Assembly: GCA_004764695.1 (NCBI GenBank)
Contig: SMSO01000025.1
Span: 4,628,862-4,692,861 of the forward strand
From: Schizochytrium sp. TIO01
Taxonomy: Eukaryota; Protista; Bigyra: Labyrinthulomycetes
DNA: 64,000 nt
Direction of reading: 5' to 3'
Shown: in pieces, positions 1-12,026 of the stretch
Position numbering within the stretch: position 1 is the stretch's first letter
Layout: each line of letters begins with the position of its first letter
Program-made: the position numbers and the translations under genes
The notes under the pieces: model-generated
What the model was told of the DNA's origin: nothing
The model's input: the letters and a program-made list of their open reading frames with translations, nothing else
The model's database searches: none

Positions 1-1665
1 AATCATGTACCTAGTTACTCAGAGGACCGGGGCGTTCTCTAGATGGTGGTTCGGGAATGGCCACCTTCCCCAAGATTGACAAAAGGCTAACACTTGTGAT
101 GCAAATAAAGTGGATGATACCTCGAATCAACTCTGGGGGCGAGGTAAAGGTGCAACTAGTCTTCTTTTTCCAGGATTCCTGTCTTTGCTTCTTTGACTGA
201 TGGCTTTTGCCTGAATCTCTTTTCAATACAAATAATTAAAAAATCAAAATGCAAGACGCAAGGCGTACGAACTTTGTTCTGCCGGCTGTCATTATATCCT
301 TTCCACTCTTTCAAGCAGCAGCAACAACAAGACAAGTTATTTTCAAGGTCCTCTTTTTTGTTCAAGAATTTTAGTAAATATGGGCCTTGTCCGCCATCTT
401 TCAAGTTTTATGTATACAGCGACAAGTAAGAAAAGTGAATCCCAACTAAATTTCCTCTTTCTAATTTTTGTTCACTCACTTATTTCTTTACAACCCCCTG
501 CTTGCACCGAGAGTTTCTCAATAAGTATCAAACTATATCTCGCAACTGTTAAAAATTACAAAGCACGCTGCAACTCTCCTCTGCTCCTTATTAGTTCGTC
601 ACAAGCTTGAGTGTCTCTTTCCTCTTGCAAATAATTTTCCATATGAAAAAGAAAAAAAAGAAAAAAAAAGTAGTGTGTGATGCCAATAACCAAAATACAA
701 GTAGGTTCAGTAGCAGTATAGCAATTCGTAGTACTAGAGATAATCAAAACACTCCGACGCAATGCAGTCGAAACCGAAATCAAGTTCATTTCGTCACTTT
801 TCTTTTCTCTTGCCTTGGTTTTCTTCTTTTCCGCAGCTCCTCCTTTCGCTTACTTCCCTAGCTACTAGCTAGTAATACGTTCGTAGCTACTCTGCAAAAT
901 GTAGAGCCTAGGTACGCCTACTCTATGTAGTCACGACGCCATTTTATTTTCTATATATAGAGAGAGAAGAGCTAAGAAGTCGCGGCTTAAGAAATCGTGA
1001 GATTGGTTCCTTATACTCCCTATTCTTCACTAAAAACAGTCTTCGTATGCATGATTTGCTTTGAAGGGGGGTAGAAAAGCGCATTTGCCTTCAAAGACTG
1101 ACTAATGAAGCGCCTAGCTAGTTACTATGAAGTTTACTTGTTAAACTTGCCTTCTTAGTTATTATCCGAGGTTTCTCTGCACATTTGGCACCGACGAAAT
1201 CCACTTTGCCCAAAGCTGCGTCCATGGCTGGTCCAAGGGGAACCTCGGGGCCCTTTCCTCCATGCCACCACCCCCCTCGGCTGCAGCACACGTCAGGCCT
1301 CCCTGTAAAACGCAGACCTCTCGAGCAAGTTTCCACTCTGATGTCCATTTTAGCATTGATCATTTATTTCTTTTTCATCCTTACTTTTGGTCACTTAAAA
1401 CTCCTCCGCAGTCCTACCAGCCTCTCTAGGATCCTCCTAACGCTTTTCAATAGGCATGAATGATCGCAATAGCACACCAAACCAAGGCAGAAGCACTCGC
1501 TCGAGAAGGCCTTCATGAGACACGAAGCACGTCCCATCGACCGACGCACCGCAGCGACGCAGCCTGAATTGAATGGACCACCTACCGGCGCCCTCTGCTA
1601 TCGAGTGGATGAATTGCACATAGTGAATGAATAGTCGTCCAATAAATAGCCATTTTCTACAAATG

Positions 1666-2055
1666 TGCACACAATACAATAAAACATGCAACTTGAAGAA
1701 AACATACAACCATACAATCATACAACTTGAATAATACGTACATACAATAATACATACATACAATCATACAATAATACATACAGACAATAAATACAATCAT
1801 ACAATAATACATACATACAATCATACAATAATACATACAGACAATAAATACAATCATACAATAAATACAATCATACAATAAATACAATCATACAATAATA
1901 CGTACATACAAGAATACATACATACAATAAATACAATCATACATACATACATACATACATACAATAAATACAGTCATACAACTTGAATAATACAATAGAT
2001 AATACAGACTTACGATAATACAATCATACAATAATACATATAAAAATATACATAA
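1666..2055. repeat. AT-rich, strand-asymmetric (nearly G-free on +) minisatellite built from TACA/TACAAT units
   Basis: 24-bp (TACAATAATACATACATACAATCA) and 33-bp units alternate. 1743-1799 and 1800-1856 are identical 57-bp copies, flanked by degenerate units. Confidence 0.9.
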
Positions 2056-3185
2056 TCCACGCTACACGGAGTTCCTTAACCTAAATATTCCTATCATCAT
2101 TTTATGTAAGTAAGTATCTTCGACGCTTCAGTCGCCAAGTCATTCTGCCAAAGAAACTTCGCTTCATTCGCAGCTTTCCGCTTCCGCCTCGCTCCATGGA
2201 CGATTGCTTTCCACACCTCCTCCGCGAAGCCATCGAAGTCTGCAGACGTGCGACCTCACCGTGAGGTCACGAGGCGGCTTACAGCAGCTGTAATCCCATG
2301 AGGCACGTGCAGCCAAGAGAACGCACCATCGATCGATCGACGGTGAAATCGATCGACTCGACTCGACTCGACTCGAGAGAGAGTTAGTTTTAGATTTCGA
2401 GTCAAACTCTTCGAAGAAGCCGTCGAAATAAACGAATTGCTTTGGCGAGGATGGCCCTGTCTGCTTCTGGAGGCAGTCAAATTCCTTCGTGCTCTCGCGG
2501 TTCTTCGACTTGGTCTCAAGCTTGCTTACTCGACGCGCTCCTGGATCTGCCTTCAGGCCCGCTTGCGATTGATTGCGTCGCTCTTTGGCTCAAGCTCGCG
2601 CTCTGGCGACCGCAATCAATCACATCCATCGTGCCATGAACCAAGGGATCGTTTATCTATCTGCATTCATTGTCTAACGTAGGAAATCTAATAATTATTT
2701 TAGGCCGGCAGAGGAAGGAAGATTTCGATCGAAGTCTGTTTTCATCTCTGCCGCATTCGTTTTATTCATTGGTTATTTTGCTGTCTGTTTTGGGTTTTGT
2801 GGGTTAAGTTCCTGGTTGATTCGATGATCGATCGAAATACGATTTGGCGTTTGGGCTGACGGAGGACCGACCGACGTGACGAAGAAGTTGGAGAGCGGAT
2901 CGGAACAGCGAAATCAATTCAGGTCGAGAATTATTGTGTCGTGTTGGATGTGTATGCACGTAGCAGAGGCGGTAGCGCCTGCTCGGTAAGTATGGCGAAA
3001 CTCCCAGGCGCGGCCTAGTGTGTTCGTAGTGTATACTGTAGGGTAGCTGCTGCTGCTGCCGCTGCAGCGGCCCGGCTTGCTGTCGTTATTGACGCTGATG
3101 AAGCGGTACAGCGGCGGCTTGTCGGGCTGCTTGATTTCATTATAGATAAGATGGCGATATCAAGAGAAGCGAGCGAGCGCGGAGC

Positions 3186-3542
<357 letters not shown>

Positions 3543-6500
3543 CTAGAGTTCTGGTTTTGCTGATCGTTTTCCGCGCCTTTCTCCACGACTTTCAGAAATC
3601 ACCTTCTGCTTTCTAGCTCCTACAGACTCTTACTTCATTACCCTACGTGCTCCCTCCCCCTTCCGTGCACGATATCTCCGAACCGCTACGCCCAACTACG
3701 CGCGGCTAGGAGTCACCCCTACCCTTTCCGCTAGCCCGCACCCTACTGGTCCTTTAACCGCTGCTCGACGCCCTCCGCTTTCCGCGCCGACAGTAGAGCT
3801 TTCTTGCTTGCTGGAGTCCCGGAATTCCGGCGCAGTCCCGGCGCCAGAAAGCATCCAAAGGCGGGTTTTTTCCTTTCGAAAGAGGCGTCTTCAGCGGCTC
3901 CAACTCTGGCTCAGGCCTGCTTCTTCGAGAGGTGTAAAAGGCGGGCCCTCAAGGTTTTTTTCGTAGGTTTTTTTTTCCTCCAGGCAAGGCTACCGATGGG
4001 GTAACAGAGGGATATGCAGAGGGGTTAGGTGGAGTGTGGTAAGTGCAGGAACGTTAGGAGGAGAAGGGAAAAATTGTATGTGGTGAGGAGAAGCGCGAAA
4101 TGCGGGATGGGGTGTGGGAGAAGGCGGATAGTTTTTTGAAGATGCATGCTTCGATGATAGCGGCTTAAACATAGGCACACGACGTGCACGATGACGCCAA
4201 GACCATCGAAGATTAGGCCCAAGGGCAGGGAAAGCATCACTCTGACCGTGCAGGCCGTAAAATATGCAGCTCAGACGAAGGGAGGGTCTTCATGCAAGAT
4301 GGAAAAAAACCTGGAAAGGAAAAGGGGGAAAAAAAGGGGGAAAAAAGGGTAGCACACACCTTTGGCAGTTAGTAGCCAGGTAGCAGTAGTATCCTTGGGT
4401 AGTACCTAGGCGCAAGTCTAGGAAGAGGCAAGTGGAAACTCTGAAAATCAAAGGAGACTGCATCCTCGTAAATCATCACTTTCGGACCCACCGCCAAGAT
4501 TAGGTCTTGCGAGGATCTCGTCTTTGGAGAACTGTGTCTGGAACCAGCACTCAGACATTTGTCTCCCATCGTCACTCTAAGAGTCCATGCCACTGACCCT
4601 TTGGAGCAACGAATCCCTGATTGGCAGCTTGGCTTGAAACACGGTCGTCAAACTTTGACTGTTCAACAGTATCTAGTACGTGCCTAGTACCAACCTAGTA
4701 TCAACCATATCGTGGCTAGCGGGCCATCACAAAAAGGAGTCAGCAATGACTGTGGGGTAAAGAAAGCTTCAAGTTGACTACTATGTAGTACTGGTGAGCA
4801 GCAAAGCTAGGACTAGATTTATCCTGACTTCATAGGAGTAAGTACATCCACTCATGAGACTCTTAGCCATAGGAAAACCTGCTCATTTTTTCCTTCTTCC
4901 AAGTTGCCATACAAGAACAAGGGCAGGGAAAAAAGAGGGGGAAAAACGTGACATACTAGTAGGTACTAATCAAGATTCGGGGGGGTGTCACTTTGGGCCC
5001 CCAAAGTTGTGACGCCACCGCCCGATGCACACCTGCCTCGAGGCGTCAGGGGCGCAAGGAGAGGAAGCGCCAGGATGATGTTCTTGTCTGGATTGATCAT
5101 ATTTGATTGAGCACCTAGCTAGTGTCATACGGTAATGTGCTTTGGCGGTGCTGCTCTTCATCATCATGGAGGTGAATTGATATAGGCCTACCTGCTACTA
5201 GTGCAAGGGCGAAATCTTCTCAAAGAGGTTAATTATCTAAGTAAATAGAAAGGCAGCAAGCAATATAAGACAAGGTCTTCAACGACAAGCTAGAAAATTT
5301 GGAATGAGGCATCTTAATTATTTCGAAGCAATCAGACAAATATGTCAATTGCATCTCATCTTTTCTTATCAAAGGTGTTCAAAAAGAGTATGCATCTTTA
5401 GTTTAGTTTATTATGACAAGTGCATGATCATCTTTTGAAGTTACGAGTTAAGAAACAATTGCAAGGCACCAAGTCATTGTCAAACTTCTGCTGCTCTCGA
5501 CTTGATTAGACCTCTTCATTTTTGCTTGCCTTATCTTTCTTACTTTAAACCACTTACATACGATGATTGCAAATTGAGCTGACAGTTGCAAAGGTAAACG
5601 GCTTCGGTGTCATGTTTCATGAAAAAAATAGCTTGGCTGTTGGCAAGCGCACATATACCTAAATAACATCCTTGAGCGGGCGTGCATTTTTTCACCTCAG
5701 CTATGGCCAAAATTGAACAAATTTTCAACAACCTATCGATATGATTACCAGGTCACTTAGTAAAGCGAAGTAAATAAATAAGCAAAGTGGAAAGTGCTCT
5801 CACACACCCCATATATCTAGCATTTCTTCTTCGTCTTCCGCGCTAGCCTAGCGATATCATATTACTTGACTCATCTGAGCTCCCACCGAAAACGCCGCTT
5901 GGCACGTCCAAACAGTAATTTGTTTTTTTAAAGTTAATCTAAGCAGAGTACCCATGAAATAAGTTCCTCCTTGATTTACCAATAATATGCTCTATCTTCC
6001 TTGCCCGTCGCGCAATTTTGGCCTCTGAATGCACCCTCAAATAAGTCCATTACCAGTGTATCATAATTATGCATACAAACCAGCCACACGAAAGCGTCTC
6101 GCAATTACCGAGCTGACTAACAAAGATAACTAATTTTGTCTCCTCTAAGACCAAGCTACCACTTCTTTAGGTTTGGCACTGGTGTACATGGTCTTTTCGT
6201 TCCACAGGCTCAAGCAGCTTTCGAGAAACGGACAAGCTGCATCATATAGTTATACTGAGACCCTTAGAACAGGCGCATATCCTGAACAACATAAACGAGA
6301 TTTTTGCGCTTTAGAGGGTATGTAAGAACTTTTACCACGGCTAAATCCGTTGGACCGAAGAGTTGATATACTGTAACTATGCAAGCAGAATGCGTCCTGA
6401 TTGAGGTGAGGAAGGTTGACATTGGCATGTCACAATACAAGTTCGCGGCGTTGAACCTTTTTTTTCAGTAATCATGTTAATAGAATAAGTTAGTGGAAGA

Positions 6501-6934
6501 CACTGGTGGATTTATCAGTCTTTAATATTGTAGTTGAAGCGATTTGTACTATTATAACTTTGTATCTCCTTCTCAACCCCAGATCATGGTGAGCAGTTGA
6601 GTCTCACTTGAAGTGAAGAAGTTACTATAAATAATTACAATATTATCATACATAAACTACGTTAATTGGGCAAGAACAAACAAGCAGTAACAAGAAACCT
6701 TGAATGCAACTTGTGGCGAGACGTGCGTGCCAAAGGAGACGACTGCGCCAGCGCACAGTGGTCATTTGCACTGCAACGGGGTCTTGGGCAAAGACCAAGG
6801 TCTACGCTCATCTGTGCAACGCGTAGCCACCAATACGTGCTGTTCTTCAACCATCAAAATACTTTATCCGCTACCCAGGGGGGGGGCGGGCAGCAAAAAT
6901 TTGATATTTCATTATCGTGCTTTAGACTTTAGTC

Positions 6935-9175
6935 ATGTCGCATCAAAGCTTGCGCGCGCTATACAGCAAACCACGCAGACCTTCGCGTACAGAGCGCTAC
7001 AAACTAAGAGCAGGTGTCGCCATTGGGGCGTTCACCCTGGTCGGCGGCGTAGCAGTATACTCCTCGATAGCAAACCCAGCAGCTCGCGATGTAGTGCAGC
7101 ATTCTTACCATGGACGAGAGCTCGCTTCAACTAGGGAATGGTGGCGAGCTCTCACCGGAAACAGTACAGAAATTCCGCGATTTTGCTCTGCTGAATTCTC
7201 AAATGTTACAGAACGTATTACTAATGTAGAAGCAGCCACGCAGCTATATAATGAGGCACAAGACAGTGCTGAGTGTTGGGTGGACTACACAGACTATTCG
7301 TCTTACCCAACTCCTCCCTTAGATCCATGCGAGGCTGCTGGTGTCATAGTTTACTGCATCATTCTTCTTTACACATTTGCGGGCCTTGCAATTGTTTGTG
7401 ATGAGTTCTTTGTACCTGCGCTCGAGGTAATGGTGGAGCGCTTCAATCTCAGCAATGACGTCGCCGGTGCAACACTTATGGCTGCTGGTGGATCTGCTCC
7501 AGAGCTTTTCACTTCTGTCATGGGTACATTCTTATCCAAAAGTAATGTTGGCTTTGGAACCATTGTTGGCTCAGCCGTGTTTAATGTACTTTTCGTCATT
7601 GGCATGTGTGCAATGTTCTCGAAAGAGGTTCTCTCTTTAACGTGGTGGCCTCTGTTCCGTGACTCCAGTTTCTACGCAATCTCGCTTGGAACGCTCGCCT
7701 TGCTCTACTCCAATGGCTCAAGTGGTTCACAATCACAAATTGACTTGTGGGAAGCTGGAGTTCTGCTTGGAATGTACGCCATATATGTAACCATTATGAA
7801 ATTCAACCATGAGCTTCAAGCACTTGCGGAATCTTGTCTAGACCGCTCGCTTCGTAAATTTACACGCAAAACTGGCGTAACACAGGTAGCTCCTGATGGT
7901 GACACGGTTGATAAGCTTGAGCCACGACTTTCATCAGGCCACAATCATGGTCCTAATGATGCGTACCATGCTCGCCGATACTCAAATCCATTCATGTTTC
8001 ACAATCAATTTCGTTCTGGACTCCTGCATCTCATGTATAAAGAAGGCAATGTTTTAGATCATGCCAGATTTCACATCGTCGCTGGTATTAAAGGTGACGT
8101 GAAGCAAACTTTCCAGCGCCTGGATATTGACATGAATGGTCGCATTGACGTTGAAGAAATTCGCCATGTACTTCAAGACCTTACAGGTAAGGCTCCAAGT
8201 AAGGAAGAAACTCTTAAGGTTTTCGAAGACCTGGAGGTGAACCCGGACGAAGGTATGGATTTAGCTACTTTCACGAAATGGTACATTCAAAGCGAACACC
8301 GCGTCCTAGCTGAAGCTGAGCGCTGCTTCAAGATCATGGATACATCAGGCGATAACCACCTTGATCGGAACGAAATTGCTGCTGTTATCCAATCTATGAA
8401 GCGTGAGAGAAACTTTGCAAATGCCATGTCAGAAGAAGAGGTTGACAAGGCCCTTCAGGAGTTTGATGTAGATTCAAACGGAAAAATTTCACTACAAGAG
8501 TTCCTCAAGTGGTACCAAAAGTCTATGCTTTGGCAAGAAGTTCTCACCGAGGTTGCTGAAGAGGAAGATGGCGGCCCTCTAGAATTGGAGTGGCCAGAAA
8601 CTTGGCGCGGTCGACTGTTCTTCATTCTCACTTCGCCTATTGTTATTCCATTGTGGTGTACCATTCCTGACGTTCGAAGAGAAGGTCGTGACAAGTTGTA
8701 TCCAATCACGTGGTGTCTGAGTATCACGTGGATTGCTGGATATTCGTACGTAATGGTTTTTGTCGCCACTCTTCTTGGTGATGCACTCGGTGTTGCGCCA
8801 TCGGTGATGGGCGTTACCTTCCTAGCTGCTGGAACAAGTATCCCAGATCTCATTACCAGCGTCATTGTGGCACGCCAAGGATTCGGCGATATGGCAGTGT
8901 CGTCCTCCATTGGAAGCAATATTTTCGATATTCTAATTGGCCTTCCCGTTCCTTGGTTCTTATATAACCTCGTATATGGTGAAGCTGTCGAAGTTGTGGG
9001 TGAGGGGCTTTTCTGGTCCGTTATTATTCTCATTCTCATGCTCGCTTCGGTTATTTTCACAATTGCTATCAACCACTGGCGAATGACAAAATCACTAGGA
9101 GCAAGCATGTTTTTACTATATGTTGTCTTCCTTGCTCAGGATCTATATCGCCAGTCATTAGGATGCACTGTCTGA
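6935..9175 (+). CDS. K+-dependent Na+/Ca2+ exchanger (NCKX/SLC24-like) with EF-hands in the central loop
   Basis: Alpha-1 repeat VAGATLMAAGGSAPELF...GTIVGSAVFN; alpha-2 repeat GVTFLAAGTSIPD...SSSIGSNIFD; two TM clusters; EF loops DIDMNGRIDVEE, DTSGDNHLDRNE, DVDSNGKISLQE. Confidence 0.93.
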   Translation: MSHQSLRALYSKPRRPSRTERYKLRAGVAIGAFTLVGGVAVYSSIANPAARDVVQHSYHGRELASTREWWRALTGNSTEIPRFCSAEFSNVTERITNVEAATQLYNEAQDSAECWVDYTDYSSYPTPPLDPCEAAGVIVYCIILLYTFAGLAIVCDEFFVPALEVMVERFNLSNDVAGATLMAAGGSAPELFTSVMGTFLSKSNVGFGTIVGSAVFNVLFVIGMCAMFSKEVLSLTWWPLFRDSSFYAISLGTLALLYSNGSSGSQSQIDLWEAGVLLGMYAIYVTIMKFNHELQALAESCLDRSLRKFTRKTGVTQVAPDGDTVDKLEPRLSSGHNHGPNDAYHARRYSNPFMFHNQFRSGLLHLMYKEGNVLDHARFHIVAGIKGDVKQTFQRLDIDMNGRIDVEEIRHVLQDLTGKAPSKEETLKVFEDLEVNPDEGMDLATFTKWYIQSEHRVLAEAERCFKIMDTSGDNHLDRNEIAAVIQSMKRERNFANAMSEEEVDKALQEFDVDSNGKISLQEFLKWYQKSMLWQEVLTEVAEEEDGGPLELEWPETWRGRLFFILTSPIVIPLWCTIPDVRREGRDKLYPITWCLSITWIAGYSYVMVFVATLLGDALGVAPSVMGVTFLAAGTSIPDLITSVIVARQGFGDMAVSSSIGSNIFDILIGLPVPWFLYNLVYGEAVEVVGEGLFWSVIILILMLASVIFTIAINHWRMTKSLGASMFLLYVVFLAQDLYRQSLGCTV

Positions 9176-9965
9176 AGTAAAGCTCCCGGTCAACGTATTT
9201 TGAAATAAACCCGCTCCGCCAGGTCATTTGAATAATCAACCATGCATAATAGACAGCCTTTGCAAGCTCTGTCTGAGTGCGCCGCTGGCTCAAGCCTCTC
9301 GTTATCGTTATTTGTATTTATGTGTATGTGTTCCCAAAGGCCCTTGTTGCTCACGTAAACTAATAGTCATACGCAGAGGCTAAGAGCGAATTTCGTTGTA
9401 AACTAGCTCCTGCAACTAGTTTAAAATCCAGTTTGGAAAGTGCATCTCTCTAACCCATCAAAACATCGAAACAAAACCCAGCGTAAAATTGTACCAGAAG
9501 TCTCCAAGAACTTAAAGGAGACAGTTTTTTTTTCTCTACGATGAAGTTCATTTAAGAATGGAAAAGCAGGGACAGTGCACCTAAGAGTTGTTATTCTCAG
9601 TCGTAGCCGCCCCCACTGATTTGTTTGCATTTTCGATTTTAAACTTTATCTTACATTCGTCCCAATTCACGAACTGAAACACTGGAATATTTGACATAAC
9701 AAACTCCTAAACGAGTGAGCGAGGAAGATAGCTTTCCACAATTTCTTCTCCTGCGCACTGCAGAAAAGCTAGCTCTATTTTACCATTTTAGACGAGGAGT
9801 TCAAGCATATCTATACTACGAGATATCAATATATCATTCGCAAGAGCTGCTTTCCTGCAAAGTGGGTCAAAAATCAAGAAAATCTAGAATTTCCAAAGTG
9901 AAAAAGAATATATTATCATTTTTATGAACCATCGTGATTGCATTTTACTAAAAAGAATTAGCTAT

Positions 9966-12026
9966 CTACTCGTCAGCAGCCTCGTCATCCATTGCGTTTT
10001 CTTGATCTTCGTTTCCGGTTTTGGCTTCTTTATTGTCTGCTTCATTCTCGTTCGCGTCGGTCCTCATCATGAACTCTCGAAGCATACTTGTAGCATATGA
10101 TCCTTTAGGCAACCAGAATGTAAAAAGAAGACCTTCACCATCTTCTTCGCCATCAGTCTGCGAATCCTTACCTTCCTTCAGTGCAGGCTGGCCCTGAGAT
10201 GGTCCAGCCTCAGTAGCAATACTCTTTGTGCGCTCGAGCTCTTCATCCAAATATTCCTTCACGGAAGATATTTTTTCCACATTAAACTCAAGAGACTCAA
10301 AGCTCAAGCGGGCCGGACGCAACGTAGAGCGCATGTTGGACAGCCAGAAAGCATCATTCGGAAGGTCACACACAGTTTTTACTGTATTGGCTTCAATCTC
10401 TTGCGGTAGACCTTGTGAAAAACTTCCTCCACGGTCACCAACTAAAGGCAAAGCAAACGTAATGCCAGCAGCCCTATCTTCAGCTTTGGGGCAGGCGTCC
10501 TCGTTTTCTACAAGGCGAGCCGAACCACCAGTTTGATTAATCACAACGTCACCAACCATGTCGCGCATAAACAAGTTTCGTTTGATGCGCTCGCTCAAAA
10601 TAGAGTTGAACACAGCACCTTGAAAAGCATTCATACTAAACTCGGACTGGAAGGAGCCTCGAGTCTTAATACGCTTTACCTTGCGACAGAACTTGAACAT
10701 ACCAGGGCGAGTGCACTTGCGTTTCTTACTGCCGGGGCGCAGCCCAGAGGTCCCTTCTTCAGCTGCTAGTGTCTTGTCTCCTTCTGCCGATGGTGCTTCC
10801 TCCTCAGTCGTGTCCTTGGGTTTAGCCTCACTTTCCTCGGCTACTCCGCTTGTATCTTGCTTTTCTTCAGTAGTCTGTTCGGCCTCGCCGCCGCCATCTT
10901 CGGCATTGACTTCGTCATCATCTTTGTTTTTGGGCCAGGGAGCCTTGCGCTTCTTGTTCTTATTTTGCTTATTCTGCGCCTGTTGCTGCTGTCTCTTCGC
11001 CTCTTCCTCACTAGCAGCCTTACCGGCATCCGTCTCTAGCCATTCAATGTACTCATGCGCGATTGAAAGCTCGCGATATCCTGACAAGGCTGTCTTGGCA
11101 TTTCGACCAACACGCTGCTCACCGAAGTAGTTGGGTACGCCCTTGCTCAAAATATCCTCGGCGATTGCTTTTGAGCGACGGAGAGCTTCGTCAGTGTCCA
11201 CACCAAGATCTGTGATGAGGATACGGAACTTGTTTCCACGCAGGTTTCCGCGCCGTAGCTTGCACGAGGCCTCTTGTAGGTCGCCGACAATGCGGATGCG
11301 CGGTGTTTTTGTGTCAGCCTCAATCAGGCTGCGGAGCTCCGCAAGACTTCTCCCATTTCTGTTCTCGATGCTAAATGTTTGCGTGCATGTTGCATAGCGG
11401 TCCTTGAGCCCAGCATAGCCAATGGAGTTGCGTCGCACGTTGAGAAGCTTTTCTAGGCGCCACGCCACATCCTTGGTGTTCATGCCAGATCTGCGAATCG
11501 TGATCCAGACGTGATTGAGCGTTTTGGCTTTGTGTTCATCATCGTGAGGGACCTCCGTCACGTTAAAGTACGCAGGGGCTTGCTTCAAAACACCGCCAAC
11601 ACCCTGTAGCGCAGGGTCCCGCACCAGCGCCAGCGACTCAACCCGAAATGCCTCGCGAAGTTTGGCAAACTTGGCAGCACGAACGGGATCTTCCTCAGCT
11701 CGAAGATCGCGAGCGTCCTTAACCTTCTTTTCACCACCCTCAGCGTGTTGGTTTGTGTTCATAGAGTTATTTGTTGTCTCCACGTCACCACCTTCCGCAT
11801 TGACAGCAGTAATCGAATCTGTGGCTCCATTCGCGACTAAATCTTCTTTCGCAGAGGCGTCCAAGCTATCCTTGGAGTTCGCAGAGGCGCTGGGTTTTAT
11901 CTCACCAGCTACCTCCATTTGGGCATCCTGATTTGTTGAAGTAGATGCAACCTTAGTATCGCCCACAGCCGCGTCTTGTTGAGCAGCGTTGCTCACAGAC
12001 TCGTTAGCAGACGCAAACTCACTCAT
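9966..12026 (-). CDS. PUS7: TruD/PUS7-family pseudouridine synthase
   Basis: Catalytic motif IGYAGLKDRYATCTQTFS, plus LRGNKFRILI, GVPNYFGEQRVG and FWLPKGSYATSMLRE. First ATG at 12026; the frame is open upstream to about 12179. Confidence 0.92.
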   Translation of the reverse strand: MSEFASANESVSNAAQQDAAVGDTKVASTSTNQDAQMEVAGEIKPSASANSKDSLDASAKEDLVANGATDSITAVNAEGGDVETTNNSMNTNQHAEGGEKKVKDARDLRAEEDPVRAAKFAKLREAFRVESLALVRDPALQGVGGVLKQAPAYFNVTEVPHDDEHKAKTLNHVWITIRRSGMNTKDVAWRLEKLLNVRRNSIGYAGLKDRYATCTQTFSIENRNGRSLAELRSLIEADTKTPRIRIVGDLQEASCKLRRGNLRGNKFRILITDLGVDTDEALRRSKAIAEDILSKGVPNYFGEQRVGRNAKTALSGYRELSIAHEYIEWLETDAGKAASEEEAKRQQQQAQNKQNKNKKRKAPWPKNKDDDEVNAEDGGGEAEQTTEEKQDTSGVAEESEAKPKDTTEEEAPSAEGDKTLAAEEGTSGLRPGSKKRKCTRPGMFKFCRKVKRIKTRGSFQSEFSMNAFQGAVFNSILSERIKRNLFMRDMVGDVVINQTGGSARLVENEDACPKAEDRAAGITFALPLVGDRGGSFSQGLPQEIEANTVKTVCDLPNDAFWLSNMRSTLRPARLSFESLEFNVEKISSVKEYLDEELERTKSIATEAGPSQGQPALKEGKDSQTDGEEDGEGLLFTFWLPKGSYATSMLREFMMRTDANENEADNKEAKTGNEDQENAMDDEAADE

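Noticed and set aside
1657-1887. Cys/Met/Tyr-rich ORF (MIVCMYYC repeats)
   Set aside because: Translation of the minisatellite.
1666-2055. CRISPR-like array
   Set aside because: No unique spacers, no cas genes, eukaryotic context.
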